DNA from: Octopus sinensis
Taxonomy: Eukaryota
Assembly: GCF_006345805.1 (NCBI RefSeq)
Contig: NC_043009.1
Span: forward strand, 59,086,001 to 59,150,000
DNA: 64,000 bases
Reading direction: 5' to 3'
The number at the start of each line of letters is the position of its first letter. The stretch's first letter is position 1. Below the pieces are notes generated by a model that saw nothing but the letters and a program-made list of their open reading frames with translations, did no database searches and was not told where the DNA came from. Both the position numbers and the translations under genes were made by a program. Positions 24,221-39,409 of the stretch are shown piece after piece.

Positions 24221-24903
24221 GTGTTGATGACGAGGACCAGGAGGAGGAGCAGGTGGAAGAGGAGGCTGGTGATGATGATGAAGGTGATGATGATGACGAT
24301 AATGATGATGATGATGATGGCTCCTCAAACTCATCATCATTCACAGTAAACAAACTACCGATACAACACTACCATCATCACCATCACCATCACCCTCAAC
24401 AATACCACCCTCACATGCAGCAACGCCACCGCGACCACCGCCAGCATTCCGGCAACACCTGCACCACAGAGACAGCACCATAACCACAGCACCACCAGCA
24501 CCATCTGCATCAACCTTTTCACTCTCTAGCAGCATCTGATCAAAACACTCAATGCCACTATCTTCATCTCTAGTACGAAAACCAACAGCAACGGTAACAC
24601 CACCACCACCACCATCATCATCGCCTCCGCAGCATTGCTGATATCGATGTCGTCGTCGTCGTCGTGATCATCATAATCATCATCATCATCATCATCATCA
24701 TCAACATCCTCATCATCATTGTCATCAGTATTGTCATTATCCTTGTCCTCCACTTCATCATCACCATCATCATCATACTCATCATCATCAACATCATCAC
24801 CATCATCATCATCATTACTTTCGTCATCATCGTCATTATCAACCACATCCTTATCATGATTATCATCGTCGTCGTCGTCGGCGTCATTATCACCATCAAC
24901 ATT

Positions 24904-24944
<41 letters not shown>

Positions 24945-25700
24945 AATAATAATAATTGTAATAATCATAACCATCATCATGATCATCATTACGATCATTG
25001 TCATTATCTTCATCTATATTATCATCTTCATCCATATTGTCGTTTTTATCATCCTCATCCTCATCATCATAATCATCATCAACATCATCATTATTCTCAT
25101 CATCCTCATCATCAATCTCATCATCATCGTCATCTTCATCATAATTATCATCATCATCATCATCTTCCTCATCATCATCATCCTCATTCTCATCATCCTC
25201 GTCATCATCCTTATCATCGTCATCATCCTCCTCCTCATCATCATCTTCATCTTCATCATAATTATCATCATCATCATCCTCATCATCATTCTCATCATTC
25301 TCATCATCATCCTTATCATCATCATCATCATCATCATCATCTTCATCATAATTATCATCATCAACATCATCTTCCTCCTCACCATAATCATCGTCATCAT
25401 CCTCATCCTCGTCATCTTCCACATCATCATCAGTATCATCATCATCATCATCAATATCATTATCACCATCTTTCTTGTCATCATCACCATCTGCATCATC
25501 ATCATCATCATCATCATCATCTTCCTCCTCATCATCAAACAGCATCAACATCTTTCCTTATCATCAGTACAACCATCTTCATCGTTGTCATCGCATACAT
25601 CATCATTCCCATGATCGTTAATACCGTCTCATCACTGTCGACTTCCCCGTCGTTGTCATCGTCGTTATCTGAAGACACTCATCGCCATTGTCGTCATGAG
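23960..25700. repeat. Large compound trinucleotide field: (CTA)n, (GAT)n, (CAC/CAT)n and ~1 kb imperfect (TCA)n
   Basis: Read directly; the motif TCTTCATCATAATTATCATCATCA recurs as a higher-order repeat. Confidence 0.93.
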
Positions 25701-26032
25701 TTATCGTCGTCGTCTTCATCCTCGTTATCGTCACAATCAAAACCGCTGCATTCGTCACGATATTCCTTTACATTCATCCCTCTGTCTTTATACCACCAAC
25801 TGTTACTGGCATTTTTTCTTTCTTATTTCCTACCTCTCTTTCGCATCTTCCTACCTCTTCTTATGCAATAACTACTTAACGTTTTTTTCCTATCCGCCCC
25901 ATCTCCTCCTCCACCGCCTCATTCACCCACTTCACTTTTACATTCATCACCGGATTTTTAATCCTATCTCTTCTCCTCCGTCTTCTAGTAGTACCTTATC
26001 TTTTTTCTTCACACACGCAGACACACACACAT

Positions 26033-26063
<31 letters not shown>

Positions 26064-26241
26064 CATGCAGATTTCTATGTTGATGATGATGAAAATGGTG
26101 ATGAAGATGACGACGACGACGACAATGATAATCGTGATAAGGACGTGGTTGATAATGATGATGATTACGAAAACGATGATGATGATATATATATACACAC
26201 ACACACACATATATATATATATGCATACATATATATATATG

Positions 26242-26281
<40 letters not shown>

Positions 26282-26356
26282 AAACACACATATGTATATA
26301 CACACATACACATACACATATATATATACAGACATATCACACACACACACACACAC

Positions 26357-26481
<125 letters not shown>

Positions 26482-26727
26482 TTATTTACAGGTAGGTATA
26501 TCTATAAAATATCTAGATATCTGTATGTAGAAGTACATGTAGATTTTCATGTATAAATCTGAGTGCATACACACGCATGAATATATAGAACAAAAATATG
26601 TAAAAACAACAGAAATGTATATGTTTGTGGTGTTGTGTGCGTGTGTGTATACATATATTCATATTTTTGTAAGTCTGTGTCTGCTTTTGCACATATGTAC
26701 GCCACTATTTACGTACAAACAAATACA

Positions 26728-26775
<48 letters not shown>

Positions 26776-27204
26776 TATATACACATATATATCTACATAT
26801 ATATATACATATATGTATATATATATGTACATATATAAATATATACATGCATATATATGTATATGTATATATATGTATGTATATGTAAATATATATACAT
26901 ATATGTCTTTTATGTATGTATATATATATATATATAATATATATATTCATATATATTCGTGAGTGTTAGAGCATGTATGTATGCATGTATGTATATCAAT
27001 GCATAACTTCATATTTACATACACTTCCATATCTATTCCAGACAGCTGTAGGTCTCGAAAATATTGATAACAGACATCTTATAACACGCTAAAATATAGA
27101 GACGTCTATAATATTTTATCTAAAAAATTTTTACACGTTACTCTCATTGGACTGCGGCCATCATAGGGCTCTATTTGAATACGTCGACTGTATACCTGTT
27201 CATA

Positions 27205-27373
27205 TTGTTTTCTACTCTAGGCACAAGGCCCGAAATTCTGGGGGAGGGCCCAGTCGATTAGATCGATCTCAGTACGCAACTGGTACTTAATTTATCGACT
27301 TCGAAACGATGAAAGGTAAAGTCGACTCCGACGGAATTTGAACTCAGAACGTAAAGGCAGACGAAATGCCGCT
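27205..27373 (-). mobile_element. SINE family B, 5'-truncated (one module plus tail)
   Basis: TTTTCTACTCTAGGCACAAGGCCCG...GGAATTTGAACTCAGAACGTAAAGGCAGACG. Confidence 0.88.
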
Positions 27374-27689
27374 CTCAGTTCATATTTCAAGACAAATGTT
27401 TACATCGGTGTCCATTTATGCGACTGCTATTGCACATTTTTAACAAGAAGGTACTTGACTGACTCTACACTTGGGTTTCACCAATTATTGTAAACATAAA
27501 AACATGCCAGCACACGCAAGTATAATATATACGCAGACATGATGGCTGCAAACTCGTATTTGAGGATTGTCTTCGCCTAAACGAAATTCGTACACATGTG
27601 ACGCTAGGGAACAACCAGCCATTTTTGTGACGGGTCTTAATTTTTGACGCGTGCTTGTGCAAAATAAAATTCTTTTATAGTGGGGGATG

Positions 27690-27870
27690 GATTTGCGCAG
27701 ATCCAATTCCACTCAAAAAGAAGAATTAGTCTACATCATCGAATATTATCTATGACACGGGTTTTCTCTCAAAGATTCCCCCTCACCTGGAGAAATGTTG
27801 CGACAACAACAGAGAGGGTCCGCACTGCCAGTGGGTCAATCGCGCGCCTGGAGGCCATCACAGGTATTTC
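27690..27870 (+). mobile_element. Degraded Tc1/mariner transposase N-terminal HTH (DUF4817-like)
   Basis: Across frameshifts: KEELVYIIEYYL / RVFSQRFP..RNVATTTERVRTASGSI / RAWRPS, resembling E.RVFIVE.Y / F...FP.....TI.R.V.KFR.TGSV / PRSGRP. Confidence 0.45.
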
Positions 27871-28534
27871 CAAGTCGCCGTGCATACATAACATACATAT
27901 GTACAGAAATTGTTGGGTGGCCGTTCACTACTCATGAGCTCTTCCACCGTTTAAGAGGTCTTATTTTTCGTGCTGTACGGAGTCCAACATTCCCTCCTCA
28001 CCAAGCCAGCTAGATAGGGTTGCCAGTTTAATCACCGACAACCCGACCATGCAACAGGTTGTACTGGGTTACATATTACTAGTAGCGCCCAGGAGCGACA
28101 TACGCAGACACATACGCTCATCTACATAAACATCATATACATACACATGTACACGCAGACATGTACACATGTACACATATACACACACATACACCTACAC
28201 ATATCCACATATATATTTTTTATATATGTGTGTATATGTATATTATGTACTGTCAATGGTTGTAATGTCCTCAATTGAGGAAATTCACTATCGGCGGACG
28301 TTTTTGATGTGATATTTATAAGGTACTTAAGGAAAACATCTGTTACTTAAGTTTCATCTTAGCAATTCTATTTGATAAGTGCTTTATAAATATCATATCA
28401 AAATCTACAATCGATATTATGTTCTCTGCACTCCGCCAATGAATACCCAGTCACATTTATACACAAATACACACATATACTCATGTCCAGACACACATAT
28501 GCACACACACACACACATACACACATCTATTTAT

Positions 28535-29395
<861 letters not shown>

Positions 29396-29773
29396 GAAAA
29401 GGAATTGAACGAGCTTTATCAAAACTCACTAAAATTTTTCCAACCCATCTTTACCAGTTGTTCATTGATCAATATCACTCAACAATAGTGGCATAGGCAT
29501 CGCCTCATGTGAGTAATGTATACAATTCTGTGTAACCTTTACCAATGAAAAACTGGCAATGATGTATTGAAACAATTGTAGTGATATCTAATAAAGTATG
29601 TTCAATCTATCTTTTATCAATACTTTTATATTTACGGATTTCCACATGTGTACTCAGTGACAGAAAACCCGCTCTGTAATAGCATTTGTTAGCCGACACC
29701 TGCAGAGCAGCTTTTCAACGCATACTACAACATTTTTACTAGGATTATACACACACACAGACACACACAAAAA

Positions 29774-29807
<34 letters not shown>

Positions 29808-30184
29808 CACACACACACACATGCACACACACATAAATAAATATATATTTACGTCTTAGAGTTTTAAATTGCGGAGTACGTCAAATATTCAATATCGACG
29901 TAAATGGGTTCGTTGTTTCTTCTGCTATTGTTAATTGTACAGCTACTGTTGCTTTTGTTGTTGTTGTTGTTTTTTTTGTTGGAAGTGGTGGTGATGGTCG
30001 TCGCCATCGTCGTCATGGTGTTATGGTTCTTGATATTTAGACAGAGATAAACTTACAACACTAATGCTGCAAAGCCACCGAGGAAACTTCTGTGTGATGG
30101 TGCAACCTGCTGGAAGAATTCGCAGTCAAATCGCTTGCATTTCTACTGTTTTTGAAACACAAAATTATGCAGCAGATTGTACTA

Positions 30185-30351
30185 CAGGAGTGGCTGTGTA
30201 GTAAGTAGCTTGCTTACCAACCACATGGTTCTGGGTTCAGTCCCACTGCGTGGAACCTTGGGCAAATGTCTTCTACTATAGCCTCGGGCCAACCAAAGCC
30301 TTGTCAATGGATTTGGTAGAGGGAAACTGAAAGAAGCCCGTCGTATATAGG

Positions 30352-30383
<32 letters not shown>

Positions 30384-30413
30384 ATATATATATAATATAT
30401 ATATATATATTTA

Positions 30414-30444
<31 letters not shown>

Positions 30445-30655
30445 TTGTGTGTCTCTGATTGTCCCCCAACATCGCTTGGCAACCGATGTTGGAATGTTTA
30501 CGTCCCCGTAACTTAGCGGTTCGGCAAAAGAGACCGATAGAAAAAGTACTAGGCTTCCAAAGAATAAGTCCTGGTGTCGATTTGCTCGACTAAAGGCGGT
30601 GCCCCAGCATGGCCACAGTCAAATGACTGAAACAAGTAAAAGAGTAAAAGAGTAA
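30185..30655 (+). mobile_element. SINE family A, full length
   Basis: All parts present, tail GTAAAAGAGTAAAAGAGTAA. Confidence 0.94.
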
Positions 30656-30665
30656 TCATATCTAA

Positions 30666-30842
30666 CCTATTTCTTTACTACCCACAAGGGACTAAACACA
30701 GAGAGGACAGACATGGACAGACAAACGGATTAAGTCGATTATAGCGACCCCAGTGCGTAACTGGTACGTATTTAATCGACTCCGAAAGGATGAAAGACAA
30801 AATCGACCTCGACGGAATTTGAACTCAGAACGTAACGGCAGA
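30666..30842 (-). mobile_element. SINE family B, single internal module
   Basis: ACCTATTTCTTTACTACCCACAAG...GGAATTTGAACTCAGAACGTAACGGCAGA. Confidence 0.88.
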
Positions 30843-30978
30843 ATCTAACCAAAAGGAGGAAACGATTACGGCTTTCTATTTCCATAAAGGGGAGAAAATG
30901 AAGTAAATATTCTTAAATAATTCTGTAATATACCTAAGAACGTGTCTTTACAATATTTACATTGATCTAATGTAAATA

Positions 30979-31379
30979 GGCGCAGGAGTGGCTGTGTGGT
31001 AAGTAGCTTGCCTACGAACAACATGGTTCTGGGTTCAGTCCCACTGCGTGGCATCTTAGGCAAGTGTCTTCTGCTATAGCCTCGGGCCAACCAATGCCTT
31101 ATGAGTGGATTTGGTAGACGGAAACTGAAAGAAGCCTGTCGTATATATGTATATATATGTATGTATGTGTTTCTGTGTCTGTGTTTGTCCCTCTAGCATT
31201 GCTTCACAACCTATGTTTACTTCCCCGTCACTTAGCGGTTCGGCAAAAGAGGCCGATAGAATAAGTACTGGGCTTACAAAGAATAAGTCCTGGGGTCGAT
31301 TTGCTCGACTAAAGGCGGTGCTCCAGCATGGCCGCAGTCAAATGACTGAAACAAGTAAAAGAGTAAAAGAGTAAAAGAG
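30979..31379 (+). mobile_element. SINE family A, full length, candidate 8-bp TSD TAATGTAA
   Basis: TAATGTAA at 30968-30975 and 31380-31387; shortest internal microsatellite of the full copies. Confidence 0.94.
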
Positions 31380-31936
31380 TAATGTAACCCAGAATATCGT
31401 GGTTTGTACAGAAAACTCAATTAAAGCGCTACACCGTATTCGAACTCTGATATCTGCAAGATTTACCAAATATTTACTGAGCCATACAACCTAAACTAAA
31501 GAGAACATGTGTCGTCTATTTATTAGTTCCTGTTAATCGATTATCAATTCGTGTTTATGTATAGACAAAGGAAAACATAACTCATTGAGAGCTTCATGAT
31601 CAGAGAACATTGAAACTTCCGGTTTTTGTCTCTTAAACAAATTTCACTTTTCAAGTGCATTATGCCTTTACACACATATGCACAAATGTATGCAAGTATA
31701 TATGTATGTATGTATGTATGTATATCTCACACACTAGATGTATCTGCATATATGTATCTATTTGTATCTTCATATACATATGCATAGATTACACACACAT
31801 ATGTATATATCTATATACATATATACGTATGCATATACATGTATATATACATACATATGCATAAATATACACACATATATATATACTACATTATCTACAT
31901 ATATGTATCTATTTGTATCTATATACATATGCAAGG

Positions 31937-32017
<81 letters not shown>

Positions 32018-32138
32018 CGTATGCATATACATGTATATATGCATACATATACATAAATATACATATATATACAGACACACAACTAGTTATCTGAATGCTT
32101 ATGGCTAAGCGGAATCATATATATATACACATATATAT

Positions 32139-32175
<37 letters not shown>

Positions 32176-32764
32176 ATATATATATATATATACACGAACG
32201 AAGAGAGAGAGAGAAAAAGATAGAGACAGAGAGAGAACGAGATGTGGTTAGAGTAATAAACAAGAGAAGGAACCTTCAAAACATGAAGTAGAGATTATTA
32301 ATTTGATGATTTCCTTGGAAAATACTCCGATTTTCCTGTGTGTTACGATTTGTCACGCGACAAAAATACGCGCGCGCATGCAAACACACAGACATGTTTA
32401 TGATACAGGGTTTTTGTTTATTATACTAGCAATAAACGAGAAACATCAATAATGCACTCAGCAAACTAAAGAACGCAATGGTTTATTAGGTAGTAGAACA
32501 ATCTAATATATTTATTAAAGCTGAAAAATCGAGGTACAAAGTTACCATAATATATTATGAGTAAATAAGTGGCTAAGTTAATTTAGAATGTAAACAGAAA
32601 AGAAGGAAGGTGATGTTGTATAGTCATAAAGTATTATGAAGTGAAAATGAGTGTGTTGGTTTTAGATTTATAAAATAGTGGAAGCGAAAGTAACCAGAAA
32701 CGAAGGAGAATGATCGAAATTACTTCAGCTTGTTCACATATTAAAAGAAATCAGTGAGTGAAGT

Positions 32765-33072
32765 GTGTGTTCCTTCTCGAGCCATGCCTGGCTCATAAGG
32801 GCCGGTTTCTCCGGTTTCCGTGGCGTATAGGTTCCCCACCTGGACGGGACGCCGGTCCGTCGCAGATGAGCTCAGCAAGATGCAGGAGGAAAGAGTGAGA
32901 GAACGTCGTGGCGAAAGAGTCAGCAGAAGTTCGCCTTTACCTTCTGCCGGAGTCGCTTGGAGCTTAGGTGTTTCGCTCATAAACACACACATCGCCCGGT
33001 CTGAGATTCGAACCCGCGATCCCTCGACTGCGAGTCCGCTGCTCTAACCACTAGGCCATGTGCATCCACGCA
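32765..33072 (-). mobile_element. SINE family C: GC/CpG-rich tRNA-derived SINE with a V-domain-like core, candidate TSD AGTGAAGT
   Basis: Minus-strand head TGGCCTAGTGGTTAGAGC (A box)...GGTTCGAATCTC (B box); core TGCGACGGACCGGCGTCCCGTCCAGG resembles the recalled V-SINE core; AGTGAAGT at 32757-32764 and 33073-33080. Confidence 0.85.
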
Positions 33073-34477
33073 AGTGAAGTATTTTGTATGATTTCAAATT
33101 TGCCTTACAAATATAAGAGCGAAGTATTCTGATGAATTTAAAGTCGTACATGTACAACGTTCTCTAAAGATTTACACGTCTGGTATTTCCAATTAGTGAA
33201 TGAACACGTATAGATGAAATCATGTCTGTGATGAGAGCCTGAGACAAATTTAAGAGGTTATTTTAGTTGAATTGGAAATGATTACTGAATAATGACGAAA
33301 AGAAATCTAATTTTTGTGATGTTAATTATACCGATGTGTATAATATTTATCGTGTGTATAGAAATGGGAAACGTTATTAGCTGTAATTTGTAGTTTTAGA
33401 AAGATCTGAAAGAGTTTTCTATGTTATGAAGAAATGGCTAGACATGTTGTTTCGAACAGAATTTCTCTCCTCGGTGAAAAATACTCCGTACTTTTAATTT
33501 AATTCTTGCCTGGCTAGCTTTCGTTCATAACTGTAGATGTATTGTTTATAGATTTCCATATCCAAAGAAGTATTTTCAGCTTATCTCAAATTCGTCACTG
33601 AGGTGAAGAAATCACGCCGAAACACCAGTTTCTTGCAACCCGCCTGTGATATGAACGATGCCTTGTGTTTTTAACACACAAGTCTCTTCGCGAAGTTTTT
33701 CTGACGTAAGTCATTACAGCGAATGTCCTTACCTCTGCTTATTATGCATATTATAAATGGTATATAGACCGGTGTTTAAATAACGGTTGTTTCAGGTTTA
33801 TTTACGTTATTGGGTTAGAAGAAAACAAAACACCTTCTGAAGTAGTATCAAATATGAGATAGCTCCTAAATTGTGTACTCAGAGACATTTCGACTAATCA
33901 ATAGCACTAATTATATACCAATAAAACTACTTTGAGAGGAATAATACGGAGATTCATAATGATAGCTGACGAAGATATAGACAGTTAATGTAGTAAAGCT
34001 ACCATAGTCAACTAATGATTACTTCACTAAAATTACAAATCGTTAAAAGTGTAACGAATTATTTACCAGTCCAATTTTGAATATTTTAAACAATTTACAT
34101 TGAGTACAATATATTATAGATACTAAGTGCATTCCAACAGTTTTAAGACATTTTCAGGAGCGATAGTCATTAATTTCAAACAAGTATAGGTCTGACAATG
34201 ATTCTTAAATTTTTGGCATTTTTCTTTTGTTTTTGGGGTTTTTTTGTCATAAAAATAACGCTATGTTTATTATGCATTAAGTATTGTCTCTCTGTATGCT
34301 AAAGTTTTCTAGAAATATCCTTTGATCATTTTCAAAGATACGAAAGTATGAAATGTTTTCTTAATCGTAAGTGGAATTTTGTTACATTATTTTATTTGGA
34401 AATCTATTTGGTTAAAACTAGCGGAGGTCATCCGCAATGTTGCGAATTGTTTCGAATATGCATACACCACATAGATA

Positions 34478-34653
34478 GGCGCAGTAGTGGCTGTGTGGTA
34501 AGAAGCTTGCTTACCAACCACATGGTTCCGGGTTCAATCCCACTGCGTGGCACCTTGGGCAAGTGTCTTCTACTATAGCCTCGGGCCGACCAAAGCCTTG
34601 TGAGTGGATTTCGTAGACGGAAACTGAAAGAAGCCCGTCGTATATATATATAT

Positions 34654-34696
<43 letters not shown>

Positions 34697-34943
34697 CTGG
34701 TGTGTGTATGTGGTGTTATGTGTATTTTGTGTATCTGTGTTGTCCCACCAACTTCGCTTGACAACCGATGCTGTTGTGTTTACGTCCCCGTAACTTAGCG
34801 GTTCGGCAAAACAGAACGATAGAATAAGTACTAAGCTTACAAAGAATAAGTCCTGGGGTCGATTTGCTCGACTAAAGACGGTGCTCCAGCATGGCCGCAT
34901 TCAAATGACTGAAGCAAGTAAAAGAGTAAAGAGAGTAAAGAGT
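34478..34943 (+). mobile_element. SINE family A, full length, candidate 6-bp TSD ATAGAT
   Basis: ATAGAT at 34471-34476 and 34944-34949; all parts present. Confidence 0.94.
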
Positions 34944-35621
34944 ATAGATGATATTTATCAGTTATATTGTAGTAACTGAAGTGATTGTTTAGTAAAAGGG
35001 AAAAATTTAGTAAGCCCTCGAACAAAATATCTCGCTATATTTTTCAACAAGTCCTTAAGATCTGATTTCGAGTCCTGCCTAGGTAAATGATATAAAAAAA
35101 AATATATAACACAAAGAAACTGGGAACAATATTTATCGATCATACCACTTTTTTTACTAAGAGGCCTCGTTTCTATTTTACAAGTAAGTATTATTGTCTT
35201 TAAATATTACATGACTTTCTGCTGCATCACTAGGTGTCCTTCTATCTTGCAAATATCTGTCGCTGTGTGGTCTTTCAGGGATGTAAGGCTGTGATTGTGC
35301 ACAACATCAATTTTGAAATGTTGTACACTAATTCGCGTGTTATGTAGTGTACGAGCAGCGTTAGATATATCATTTTGTTAAACGGTATCTGCGTTTCATG
35401 TGCAATAAACGTGTTGTTTTCCGTATTTTAGTATCGGACTTTGCTTCTTTAGGGCATGTGGAGTGAGTGGGTGTGTGTGGGTGTGAGTGTTATATGTATT
35501 AGCTTTAGCGTCAGCATGTGAAGGTTCCTATAGTATTAATGGTTCCCACCTGTGTTGAATAACAGGTGTGTAATTGGTTTAGGTTAGATAGTAACGTGTC
35601 AGTTACGACAGCTTTTGTAAT

Positions 35622-36127
35622 ATATTCTTTTCTACTCTCGGCACAAGGCCTACAATTTTGGGGTAGGGAAGGGCCAGTCGATTAGATTGACCCCAGTATG
35701 CAACTGGTACTTAATTCATTGACCCTGAAAGGATGAAAGGCAAAGTCAACCTCGGTGGAATTTGAACTTAGAACGTAAAGACAGATGAAATACCTATTTC
35801 TTTATTACCCACAAGGAGCTAAACACAGAGGGGACAAACAAGGACAGACATAGGTATTAAGTCGATTATATCGACCCCAGTGCGTAACTGGTACTTAATT
35901 TATCGACCCCGAAAATATGAAAGGCAAAGTCGACCTCGGCGGAATTTGAACTCACAACGTAACGCAGACGAAATACCGCTAAGCATTTCGCCCGGCGTGC
36001 TAACGTTTCTGCCAGCTCGCCGCCAACGTAACGCAGACGAAATACCGCTAAGCATTTCGCCCGGCGTGCTAACGTTTCTGCCAGCTCGCCGCCAACGTAA
36101 CGCAGATGAAATACCGCTATGCATTTC
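35622..36127 (-). mobile_element. SINE family B dimer with a 69-bp head segment repeated 2.5 times
   Basis: Units start at 35955, 36024 and 36093; the first two are identical. Confidence 0.92.
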
Positions 36128-36130
36128 ATC

Positions 36131-36305
36131 GAGATGCTTAGCGGTATTTCGTGTCTTTACGATTTGAGTTCAAATTCCACCGAGGTCGGTTTTGTCTTTC
36201 ATCCTTTCGGTGTCGATAAATTTAGTACCAGTTGCGTATTGGGGTCGATCTAATCGACTAGCTCCTTTCCCCAAAAATTTCGGGCCTAGAATAGAAAAGG
36301 ATATT
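36131..36305 (+). mobile_element. SINE family B, head-truncated, head-to-head with the previous copy
   Basis: GATGCTTAGCGGTATTTCG...GAGTTCAAATTCC...GGGCCTAGAATAGAAAAGGATATT. Confidence 0.88.
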
Positions 36306-36820
36306 TCGCTTCCACCTTTTAATCTACTACCGACCATTATGCAGAAAGAGCTTTCATACAGCACGCATGGACTCTCCTTTCATCAGTGTAATCAAGATGT
36401 GTGTCAGTGACTTTCAGACATTACTCAACAAAGTATAGATGCTAACATACTTCAATGTTAATGTTTCCATATACGGAAACACTGAGCGTTGTAAAATATA
36501 CATACAATCAGGTCTTTAATCTGTTTAATCTAAAAAGATTGCAATTTACATGAATGTTCTCTCCAAGAAATGCTACGCAAGATCCCGGTTTTACGATAAA
36601 CTGCTCCGTGCGTGTATACGTGTGTGCGTGTGCGTGTTTGTGTATATATGCGGGTGTGTGAGAAAGAGTGTGTATGTGTGTGTCTGTATGACACTAAGAG
36701 TGTGTGTATCAGTGAGTGTAAGTGTATGAGCTTGTGTGTGTTGCTGTATAAATACACATACATATGTGCATGTGCAAACACTTGGACTTATAGATTAATC
36801 AATCTCTATCTCTGATCCTG

Positions 36821-36887
<67 letters not shown>

Positions 36888-37112
36888 AATATACAGTTAC
36901 ACGTCTATATATAAGTTTGTGCATGTGTGTGTGTCTGTCTATATGTATATATATATATATATATATTTATGAATGGATAGATAGACAGATAGATAGATAG
37001 ATAGATATATAGATATACTTCAATATATATATATATAAATGCACATACAGATAAACATGTGTACATACAGATAAACATATACGTACTGAAGCATTTATAT
37101 ATCCACACATAG

Positions 37113-37147
<35 letters not shown>

Positions 37148-38135
37148 CATATTTATATTTGTGCACTTGTGTTTGTGTTTGTATTTGTACACAAAGTGAA
37201 AGAGAACAAGATATAAAGAAAGGCAACAGAAAGGGATACATACGTTAAAATAGATTATAGAAAATAATATGATAATACAAGATATAGATTAGTGCTGTAT
37301 TTCATGTTCAACAATCGTCATGGCGACCTATATTAGATTTAAATAAGATGTATATGAAAAATTAAAACCTATAATCCAGATTCTCCTTTAATTAGGGAAA
37401 TAAAGAACACTTAATCCGCTAAGATCCGATGTTTATTCTGCTGAAGTAGAATAACATAATAGCATTTAATCTCTTCAAAACCCTTCTGAATATGCATATG
37501 AATGTATAAGCATGTATACTGAGTATAACTTTATTCATACATGTATATATATATGTATATGTGTATGTATGTATGTATGAATGCATGCATGTATGTATGT
37601 ATGTATGTATGTATGTATGTATGTATGTATGTATGTATGTATGTATGTATGTATGTATTTATGTATGATGTATGTGTGTATGCATGTATATTTGTATGAT
37701 GTATATATGTATATATGTATCTGTGTGTGTGTCTTTCTACATATATTTATATATTATATATATGTATCTATAAATATATGTATTTATATATATGTGTAAG
37801 TATGTATATCCATGTACATATATATATATATATATATATATCTATATATATATATATATACACGCACACACACACATATATGCACATATAGAAATACATA
37901 GTATGTACGTGCGTATATATATATACATGTATCCATGAATGTACAAGAGTAAATCTTCATATCTCTTTGCAGACGCGTATAGAGATAGATATATATGTAT
38001 GTGTTTGTATGTGTGTGTTTGGCTGTGTGTGTGTCTGTCTGTCGGCATTTCTGTTTAAATATGATTACAATGTAAATATTTACAGATTTCTACTCATGCA
38101 AATGTTGATTTTATGACTCACCATAGGTATACATG

Positions 38136-38169
<34 letters not shown>

Positions 38170-38444
38170 CATATATATATATATAGATATATAGATATAT
38201 AGATATATAGATATATAAAGTCGTGCTGAAATGTTCTTGGTTTTAATGATATCGCGAAAGACCTGTTTAGAGGCCCGACCTGAGATCATCTACAGGGTTT
38301 AGAAAAACTGGAGGACGGCTGTAAAATGTGCAGGAATATCTGAGAGGGGAATACTTTAAACAAAATAATAGACTAATTCTCCTGTGTTTTTTATGCCCAA
38401 AACCAGAAATCTTTCACGTGTATGTATATCTATATATTATATAT

Positions 38445-38528
<84 letters not shown>

Positions 38529-39213
38529 ATACATATATATATGTATCTATCTATATATATAATATATAATATATATATATATACCACACCACACTCACAC
38601 ATATATATACGTGTGTGTTTGTGTGCAATAGTAAACACCTAATATAATAATGAGCGTAGTGTTTTTATATATTGGTATATATATGTATATATTTCTCCAA
38701 AATCAAGCAGTAGGGGTGAAGGTAGAGGAGAGAAAATAGTAATTCAGTGGAGGAGAAGAAGTGAGAGTAATAGCCTGGCCGAGAGGGCGTGTGAGTAAAT
38801 AATAGCAATGAGAGTGAGTCAGTGGTAAAGAAAGCATCGCGTATCTATTACTATAATTATCTACTATAATAATACTCTTGTGTATCTACGTAAATAGAGT
38901 AAATAAAGTTTTGATTGCTTTTAAATATTTCGGCATAAAAATTCATTACCCCCACACAATATGCTATCGTTACTTTCGACTAACTTCTTTCAGCATAACA
39001 ATAGAAAGAAATAAACATCAACAGTCATCCACACCAAATCTAACGAAAATTTCGTATGTATTAAAATAAACTACTGTCATCCACCCGTTTCTTCCATAAA
39101 TATTACGAACAACATTAAGAAAATCTTCTGCAATCTGTCGTCAAGACATCGTTGATAAGCATACCGCGTATTATGATAATGCGTAAGACAAGGAAATCAT
39201 TGTTTCGAGTAAC

Positions 39214-39378
39214 GTATGTATGTATGTATGTATGTATGTATGTATGTATGTATGTATGTATGTATGTATGTATGTATGTATGTGTGTATGTGTGTATGTA
39301 TGTATGTATGTATGTTTGTATGTATTTATGTATGTATGTATGTATGCATGCATGTATGTATGTTTGTATGTATTTATG

Positions 39379-39409
<31 letters not shown>

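Noticed and set aside
24526-25551. 341-aa Asp-rich ORF resembling acidic biomineralisation proteins
   Set aside because: It is an imperfect (GAT)n array; two of the three frames of such a repeat are stop-free by construction, and there is no signal peptide, unique domain or convincing splice context.
33000-33070. tRNA gene
   Set aside because: A and B boxes are present but acceptor-stem pairing is poor and the sequence continues into a SINE body with TSD; treated as a SINE head.
33580-33705. Plus-strand exon with TTTTCAG acceptor and GTAAGT donor
   Set aside because: Stops in all three frames and no supporting neighbours; not callable as CDS.
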